A DNA stretch of 62,230 nucleotides, the filler included, from a bacterium (lineage in GTDB: Bacteria; JAMORN01), in the NCBI GenBank assembly GCA_027063545.1. It is 20 parts of 20 records of this genome, joined end to end, with 100 filler letters (N's around TTAATTAATTAA, not from the genome) between each part and the next. Parts side by side here need not be neighbours in the genome. Positions count along the whole stretch, not along the records: positions 55,097 to 57,411 come from JAMORN010000353.1; positions 57,512 to 59,824 come from JAMORN010000354.1; positions 59,925 to 62,230 come from JAMORN010000355.1; 17 more parts are not named here. One strand, given 5' to 3'. The notes under the pieces are model-generated. The model saw nothing but the letters and a program-made list of their open reading frames with translations. It ran no database searches and was not told the DNA's origin. Positions 55,759 to 62,230 of this stretch are shown here, in pieces; position 1 is the first letter of the stretch, and each line of letters opens with the position of its first letter. Made by a program: the position numbers and the translations under genes.

Positions 55759-56530
55759 TAATAAATTTTCCTTTTATATTTCTTAAAATCTTCCACTTAT
55801 GTAAATTTCTATCACTTACAAATCCTTCCCCTTCTATAAAATTTCCCTCTTTAGTTCTAAAAAATACCTTTGAAGAAGATACTATTTTATCCTCTACATA
55901 GGAATATATTAAATTTTCTGTCTTTAAAAAACTAGAATCTAACATATTCTTTACAAAAACATTTCCTTTTAAATATATTTTCATTGAATCCTGCTTTAAT
56001 AAAGCAAACTTTGCTTTTACTATAAGATATAAAGTATCCATATTTTTATCATAAACCTCTGCGTATAAAGGATAAGCTTTTGTTATATACTTTTTGTAAA
56101 AGGATACAAGACTATCTGTTTTAACCTTTAAATGTTTATTCTCTGCAACCAGATTTAGTTTTACATCTTTTATAGCTATAATAATATATCTATCTTTCAA
56201 TAATATCCCCTTTTGAGATTTTATATCCAGAAGTTTATTCCCTGTAGAATCAAAATAAAAAAGTTCTAAAGGAGTAAATACACTTTTTTTCTTATCTTGA
56301 TAATCTATTAAAGTATCTGTTTTAATTTTCCACAATAAAATATTATCTATAGAATTATATAATAAAACATCTCCTTCCGCTTTAAAGACTTTACCCTTAG
56401 ATTTTATTATGATGGAATCTATCTGTAAATTTAAATTTCCTTTTATCTTAGATAACCTTTTTGGTCTATCTCTAGAGCATGAGTATAATATTAAAACAAT
56501 GATAAACAAAATAATTAAATACCTTTTCAT
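55742..56530 (-). CDS. lptC: LPS export protein LptC-like lipoprotein
   Basis: Duplicated jellyroll; LKTENLIY...IEGEGFVSD C-terminus. Confidence 0.7.
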   Translation of the reverse strand: MKRYLIILFIIVLILYSCSRDRPKRLSKIKGNLNLQIDSIIIKSKGKVFKAEGDVLLYNSIDNILLWKIKTDTLIDYQDKKKSVFTPLELFYFDSTGNKLLDIKSQKGILLKDRYIIIAIKDVKLNLVAENKHLKVKTDSLVSFYKKYITKAYPLYAEVYDKNMDTLYLIVKAKFALLKQDSMKIYLKGNVFVKNMLDSSFLKTENLIYSYVEDKIVSSSKVFFRTKEGNFIEGEGFVSDRNLHKWKILRNIKGKFINVDLE

Positions 56531-57411
56531 AATCCTTGATATAAAAATAACTCAATAACTCTACCAACCTTCTCTAAACTTTCTGAACTTGTATTTTCTG
56601 GTATATCATAACATGTATGCCAATAAGGATAATTGAAATCAATTAAATCTATAGTCGGTATACCTTTTTCTATAAAAGGAATATGATCATCATATATTGA
56701 AAAAACAACCTTGGGACTAATAAAATTATAATTCAATGATTTAGAAATACCATAAATTTTTTCTAAAACCTCTCTTGATGAATAATAACTATTTCTTTCG
56801 TAGTAAATATCTAAATCTTTATCCCCTACCATGTCAAGAATTATACCAAATAAATACTTGTTATATAATATCTTTGAAGCATAATATTGACTACCATAAC
56901 AAAATGTGGTATCACTTTCATAGGTGCCCTGGTCTTCTAAATCAAATAAAATAAAATCTATAGAATATTTTAATCTACTCTTATCTAAAATATCTATAAG
57001 ATGCATAATAATACTAACCCCACTGGCTCCATCATTAGCTCCTAATACATGACATCCCATATCATAATCTTTATCAGCTTTTAATCTAGTATCATAATGA
57101 GCGCCTATAAATATTAAAGGCTTATTATTATTATGGTAAAAATGAATTATATAATTATACCCCCAAATAACAGTATCTTTTTTGTAAATAGTGTTTTTTA
57201 AATTAACTCTAAATGAATCTATCTCAAAATTTATACCTCTTTTTTTAAAAAAATGATTAAAATATAATCTTAATTTTTTATGACCTATAGAGGTTGGATA
57301 TCTGTATCCTAAGTTTGTTTGTGCTATAAGATATTTAAATGCAACCTCTCCTGAAAATTTTTGAGCATATAATTTATCAAAGAATATTAAGAAAAAAAAT
57401 AAAAAAAGGGG
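56527..57411 (-). CDS. M28-family glutaminyl cyclase-like protein (start codon cut off)
   Basis: Frame extends upstream of the track ORF: FSGEVAFKY..Q.NLGYRYP, GAHYDTR, GANDGASG, FDLEDQG, LDMVG, DDHIPF, WHT..D. Confidence 0.85.
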   Translation of the reverse strand, partial: PLFLFFFLIFFDKLYAQKFSGEVAFKYLIAQTNLGYRYPTSIGHKKLRLYFNHFFKKRGINFEIDSFRVNLKNTIYKKDTVIWGYNYIIHFYHNNNKPLIFIGAHYDTRLKADKDYDMGCHVLGANDGASGVSIIMHLIDILDKSRLKYSIDFILFDLEDQGTYESDTTFCYGSQYYASKILYNKYLFGIILDMVGDKDLDIYYERNSYYSSREVLEKIYGISKSLNYNFISPKVVFSIYDDHIPFIEKGIPTIDLIDFNYPYWHTCYDIPENTSSESLEKVGRVIELFLYQGL

Positions 57412-57511
57412 NNNNNNNNNNNNNNNNNNNNNNNNNNNNNNNNNNNNNNNNNNNNTTAATTAATTAANNNNNNNNNNNNNNNNNNNNNNNNNNNNNNNNN
57501 NNNNNNNNNNN

Positions 57512-57756
57512 TCTTATTTAATAATGTTAAGATAGAGATAAAAGATAAAATAGAAGTTTTTATTAAAAGTAATATTTTTTCTACAAAAGGAAAAAGACTT
57601 ATTATCAATTCATCAATTTCTAATAATAATATTATTTCTTTTTCTTTGATAGATAAAGCTGAAGAAGAAATATTAAAAGAAGTTCTCAATAAATATAATG
57701 ATATAAAAAACAATAAGTTAAAAATAATTGTTTACGATAATCTTTTATTTGGTTAA
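57512..57756 (+). CDS. 3' end of an unidentified gene
   Basis: Open frame of about 80 codons from the contig edge to TAA 57756. Confidence 0.4.
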
Positions 57757-57761
57757 AGTAC

Positions 57762-57790
57762 TTGATTTATTATAAAAAAAAAATTATATT
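57762..57790 (+). promoter_or_regulatory. Sigma70-type promoter for the tRNA pair
   Basis: TTGATT-17 bp-TATATT, same -10 as the tRNA-Glu promoter. Confidence 0.5.
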
Positions 57791-57828
57791 TTAGATGTCA
57801 ATATTAAATAATACAATAGATATCATAA

Positions 57829-57903
57829 CGGGGCGTAGCTCAGCTTGGCTAGAGCGCGTGCCTTGGGAGCACGAAGTCGCAGGTTCAAATCCTGCCGCCC
57901 CGA
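57829..57903 (+). tRNA. tRNA-Pro(TGG)
   Basis: CGGGGCG acceptor, CGTGC-CTTGGGA-GCACG anticodon arm, GGTTCAAATCC. CCA not encoded. Confidence 0.95.
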
Positions 57904-57923
57904 TTATATAAATATAAGTAAAT

Positions 57924-57997
<74 letters not shown>

Positions 57998-58031
57998 TTA
58001 CTTTATTTTAATATAAACCAGAAGGTATTTT

Positions 58032-58391
58032 ATGATAGTTCTAATGGTTGATTATCCAGTTTTAAAAAATAAGCTTCAAGAGTTAGTAAATCAGGTTATA
58101 TCAGGGGAAAAAATTGAAATTATTGATTCATATGTAAAATTTGAGGAATATATTGAAAATCCAAAATTACCAAAATTTTTTATAGTATCTAATTATACAT
58201 TTAAGCGTTTTATTACTTTTATAACTTATGATAAAATTAAGAATATTTTTGCAAATAAGATTCCAATAATAGAGATAATAAAAGAATCAGTAGCTCCTAT
58301 AGATAAAAATCATTATTATGTTGTTGATTCTATAAAAGAGGAAGATTTAAGTTTAGAAGTTTTTAAAAATATAATAAGTAATTATGTATAA
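58032..58391 (+). CDS. Small hypothetical protein (possible degenerate receiver-like fold)
   Basis: GAAGG RBS; alternating alpha/beta pattern; overlaps the next gene. Confidence 0.55.
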   Translation: MIVLMVDYPVLKNKLQELVNQVISGEKIEIIDSYVKFEEYIENPKLPKFFIVSNYTFKRFITFITYDKIKNIFANKIPIIEIIKESVAPIDKNHYYVVDSIKEEDLSLEVFKNIISNYV

Positions 58392-59370
58392 AAAAACTTA
58401 TCTTTTTCTATTTTTTATTTTAACATCAACCTTTTCTTTGTATTCTCAAACTATTCAAATAGAAGAAGATTCAATAATTAATAAAGGAGAGAAGACTACA
58501 TATAAAGATAATATAAAAAAGAAGTGGAAAAGTATTATACTTTCGCTTTTTATTCCTGGTTATTATCATATAAAAGAAAAAAAAGATATTAAAACAGGTA
58601 TTATTTACATGGTAAATGATTTAATTGCTATAGGTGGTTATGAGTATTTTAATTATAAAGGAGATCAAACTTACGATCATGCTATAAGATTTGCAGATAA
58701 TCATTTTGATCCATATAAATATTGGGATTTTAGAAAAGAGGTTTTAAATAATGATACTTTAATTGTTCTCTCAGATGTATTTGAGTTTGACTATGAAGGT
58801 CATGAAATTCAGTTTGATTCTACAGGAAAAGTAATTAAAGATTTTGATTATTATGAAATGATAGGAAAATATAAAAAGTTTACACAAGGTTGGGATGATG
58901 CTACTCCAACTTATTATGAGATAATAAATACTTATAGGCAGTTATATATACCTGTTCATTATTATGACTCTACCATAAATCAAATATATGTTTTAAGATA
59001 TGCTTCATTAAATCCTGATGCTGCAGAGCCTGAATATGCAATTGTTAATAAAGATTCTGTATATTATATTCCTTTAGATAAAATAACCCCTGAGGATACA
59101 TGGTACTATGTTCCTTCAGAATTTCCTTTTGGAAAATCTTTTAATGCTTTATATTATATGTCATTGAGAAAAGAGGCTAATACATATTATGATTATGCAA
59201 ATTATATGTTAATTTTTCTTATAGCTAATCATTTAACGAGTTTTTTTCATTCTTTATATTTAGCTGCAACTAATAATATCTTAGATAATCCAGATTTATC
59301 CTTTAAAATTTCACCAATTTATATACCAGAGATAAACTCTAAAGGACTAAAAATTGTATGGTCATTTTAA
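58384..59370 (+). CDS. Secreted/membrane hypothetical protein
   Basis: Signal peptide, SLFIPGYY motif, terminal GLKIVWSF beta strand. Confidence 0.75.
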   Translation: MYKKTYLFLFFILTSTFSLYSQTIQIEEDSIINKGEKTTYKDNIKKKWKSIILSLFIPGYYHIKEKKDIKTGIIYMVNDLIAIGGYEYFNYKGDQTYDHAIRFADNHFDPYKYWDFRKEVLNNDTLIVLSDVFEFDYEGHEIQFDSTGKVIKDFDYYEMIGKYKKFTQGWDDATPTYYEIINTYRQLYIPVHYYDSTINQIYVLRYASLNPDAAEPEYAIVNKDSVYYIPLDKITPEDTWYYVPSEFPFGKSFNALYYMSLRKEANTYYDYANYMLIFLIANHLTSFFHSLYLAATNNILDNPDLSFKISPIYIPEINSKGLKIVWSF

Positions 59371-59824
59371 ATCGTTTTATTATATTAATTTTAATTTTTT
59401 CTATATTGAATGTATCTATTTATTCACAAGAGCTTCAAATAGAAGAAGAGGATAGTATTCAAATTATTTCTAATACAAAATTAGATTATTTAGTTAATAC
59501 TTTACTTTCAGGCACAAAAATTAAAAATAAAAAAAGAAAACAGATATATAAGACTACAGATATAATTTTATTATCATTGGTGGGTTATAGTATTTATCAA
59601 AGTAATAAATATTTAAATATTGCTGTAGAATATGGAGAAGTCCATTCAGGTATTCCTTTAGATAATAAAAGTATAGAGTTTTTAGATATAGTTTCTAGGT
59701 ATAATAGTTTAATTTCCAAAGACAAAACTGGATATAATGATTATTTACTATTAAATTATAATTCTATCCAGTTATATCCTATAAATGAAAAATATTTTTG
59801 GAAATGGGATAGTGAAGCTTCAAG
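59358..59824 (+). CDS. Probable paralog of the upstream hypothetical protein (truncated)
   Basis: YSQ.LQIEE.DSI start and similar internal motifs. Confidence 0.7.
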
Positions 59825-59924
59825 NNNNNNNNNNNNNNNNNNNNNNNNNNNNNNNNNNNNNNNNNNNNTTAATTAATTAANNNNNNNNNNNNNNNNNNNN
59901 NNNNNNNNNNNNNNNNNNNNNNNN

Positions 59925-61591
59925 TAGTTGCTCTAGGATATATAGATAGTTTACTCAATAATATTTTGTTAGATATAAATAAAAAAACAAAATTACTATT
60001 TAAAAAAGCAGAATTATATTATAAATTAGGATATTATGATAAATCAGATTCGTTATATAAAATTATTTTAGATCAATATATAAGAAAAATCCATAATGAT
60101 TCCTTATACTATTTAGCAAAATTTTATTATAATTACTCCAAATTTTATCTTGAAAAAAATTCTATATTTTCAGCTGAGTCTTTAGCATATAAAGCAGTAT
60201 TTTTTTCAAAAAAATCTAATGATTCTTTAACATTAGCTTTGACATATAAAATACTTTCAGATATTTCCTATTATAAGGGTACTATGAAAAAATGTGTTAT
60301 GTATTTTGATTCATCATTCTCTATTTTAAAAAATAAAAATGATTATACTAGATTAATAAATTTTCTTGATGATATAACTATATACTACCAAAGTAAAAAT
60401 TTCAAACTATATAGATTTTCAAAATATTTTGACTATATATTTTCCCATAGATATAATTTAACTATTGACCAAAGTATAAAGTTTTATATTATTTATACTA
60501 AATATGTAGATGATACGCAATCTGATAAATATAAAATATTAAAGTTATACTTTAGATTAATTGATTTATCTAAAAAATATCCAAATAATTTTAAAAAATA
60601 TGCTTCTGAATTTTTTGAGGTTTTTTTTCCAATATTAAATAGATATGGATATATAGAATTGGCAGATTCTTTAGTAAATCAAATAATTCTTAGATTTAAT
60701 TTAGAAAGAGATTCATTATTAACTAACCAAACAGTACAGATGGCATTTTGGTTATATAATACAGGAAATTATTCTAAAGCACAAAAGCTATTCAAAAAAG
60801 CTTTGAAAGAATATTTAAATAAGTATGGTAAAAATTCACCGGTAGTTGCTGATTTAATGGAAAAAATAGGAATTATGTATTTATCTAGTGGTTTAGGGTT
60901 AGAAGCTAGAAATTTCTTTTTAAGATCATTAGAAATAAAGAAGACTTATAATAAGGGTAATATTTTCGAATATGGGGTATTATTTACTAATTTAGGAGAA
61001 TCTTTTCGGTTAAATTCTGAGTATGATAGTTCATTAAAATATTATAGAAGGGCTATTAAAAATTTTAGACTTCTCCAGAAAGATACTTTAAAGGTTGACT
61101 CTTTAAATATATATATAGCAAAGGTATATCACAATCTTGGTGTATTGTTTATGGATATAAAAGATTATGATAGTAGTTTATTTTATTTAAAACTTTCATA
61201 TAAAATAAAAAAGAAGTTTTTTAAAAATGAAAGGAATATAGAATTTTTCTATACTGATATAGCTTTGGGTAGGGTTTATCAGATTTTAGGAGTTTTTGAT
61301 TCTTCATTTTTTTATTATAAAAAAGCAAAAAAAATTATTGATTATTATGGGCTTAATGGAACAATTTATTCTGTTTCATACTGGATAGGTATGGGAATAT
61401 TGTATTATCATTATGGAGAATTAGAGAAAGCAAGACAATATTTAGAAAAAAGTGAAATTTTTTTGGAAAAATCTGAAAGTTTTCAGAGTGAAAGATTACG
61501 AGAGGTTAGAAAAATTCTTTTTAATATTGCTAAAAAGCAAAATGATATAGAGACAATAGAAAGATTAAGGAAAAAATTGTATGAATGGTAG
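59925..61591 (+). CDS. TPR-repeat protein, 5'-truncated
   Basis: Long TPR units (NLG..Y....YDSSL.YY..A); frame open to the contig edge. Confidence 0.85.
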
Positions 61592-62230
61592 AATTAATTT
61601 TCATACCCATAGTATTTTCTCTTTTGATAGTAATACACCTATAGAAAACATGGTAAGAGAATACTTAAAATATAGATATACAGCTATAGGGTTCTCAGAA
61701 CATAATGATTTTGATCCTAGTTTAGATGAGTATATGTATTTGGATATAGAAAAATATTTTGCAACAATTGAAAATTTAAAAAAGAAGTATCCAATAGAAT
61801 TATATAAAGGTGTAGAAATTGATTTTCAAGAGAGATTTAAAACTGAAATATATAATTATATAAATAGTTATAGTTTTGACTATATTATAGGCTCTGTTCA
61901 TTATATAGATTCAAGAGCTATTGATTTACCAAACTTTAAGGAATTTTTTTATAACTTGAATGAAGAAGACAGAAGAAAGATTATAAAAAAATATATTAGT
62001 GAAAATATAAAAATGCTAGATACTATATTAATTGATATAATTGGGCATATTGATTTGATAAAGTTGTATGTTAATTTTAATTTAGATGACTTTATCTATG
62101 ATTATGAAGCTCTTTTAAAAAAAGTGATAGAAAAGGAAGTAATATTAGAGGTAAATATTTCTGCTATAAGGAAAGGAAAAAATGAACCTTATCCAAGCTA
62201 TAAATTATTAAATCTCTATAGAGAGTTAGG
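61581..62230 (+). CDS. PHP-family histidinol-phosphatase (HisJ-like), runs off the window
   Basis: Not in the ORF track. MNGRINFHTHSIFSFD, FSEH, GVEID, DYIIGSVH, IGHID, LEVN. Confidence 0.88.
   Translation, partial: MNGRINFHTHSIFSFDSNTPIENMVREYLKYRYTAIGFSEHNDFDPSLDEYMYLDIEKYFATIENLKKKYPIELYKGVEIDFQERFKTEIYNYINSYSFDYIIGSVHYIDSRAIDLPNFKEFFYNLNEEDRRKIIKKYISENIKMLDTILIDIIGHIDLIKLYVNFNLDDFIYDYEALLKKVIEKEVILEVNISAIRKGKNEPYPSYKLLNLYREL

Noticed and set aside
949-57713. Many 60-100 aa ORFs opposite long genes (e.g. 949, 6467, 9329, 13137, 14424, 14743, 20069, 21558, 23381, 25619, 27906, 28413, 34657, 36313, 38139, 39884, 41114, 50878, 52072, 57456)
   Set aside because: Shadow ORFs antisense to better-supported genes, with no recognisable motifs.

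Overview
This window is not continuous DNA. It is 20 short, very AT-rich contigs (mostly 2.3-2.5 kb, one of 14 kb) joined by 19 artificial 100-bp N/TTAATTAATTAA/N spacers, so many genes are truncated and adjacency across spacers means nothing. Most contigs look like one anaerobic, flagellated, diderm bacterium using the standard code, probably of the FCB superphylum (T9SS-type C-terminal domains, glutaminyl cyclase, LptC/LptA, PFOR). Recognisable items include alaS, gatB, ileS, metE with a cobalamin riboswitch, tmRNA, three tRNAs, trxAB, greA, pdxJ, relA/spoT, rnr and secreted beta-helix/GH enzymes. The standout is contig 29945-32449, which the ORF track breaks into fragments. It is a tightly packed four-gene operon with about 34 in-frame UGA codons, several at invariant glycine positions. 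It therefore uses genetic code 25 (UGA=Gly), known from Gracilibacteria/Absconditabacteria, and is most likely a second, probably episymbiotic, organism in the bin.
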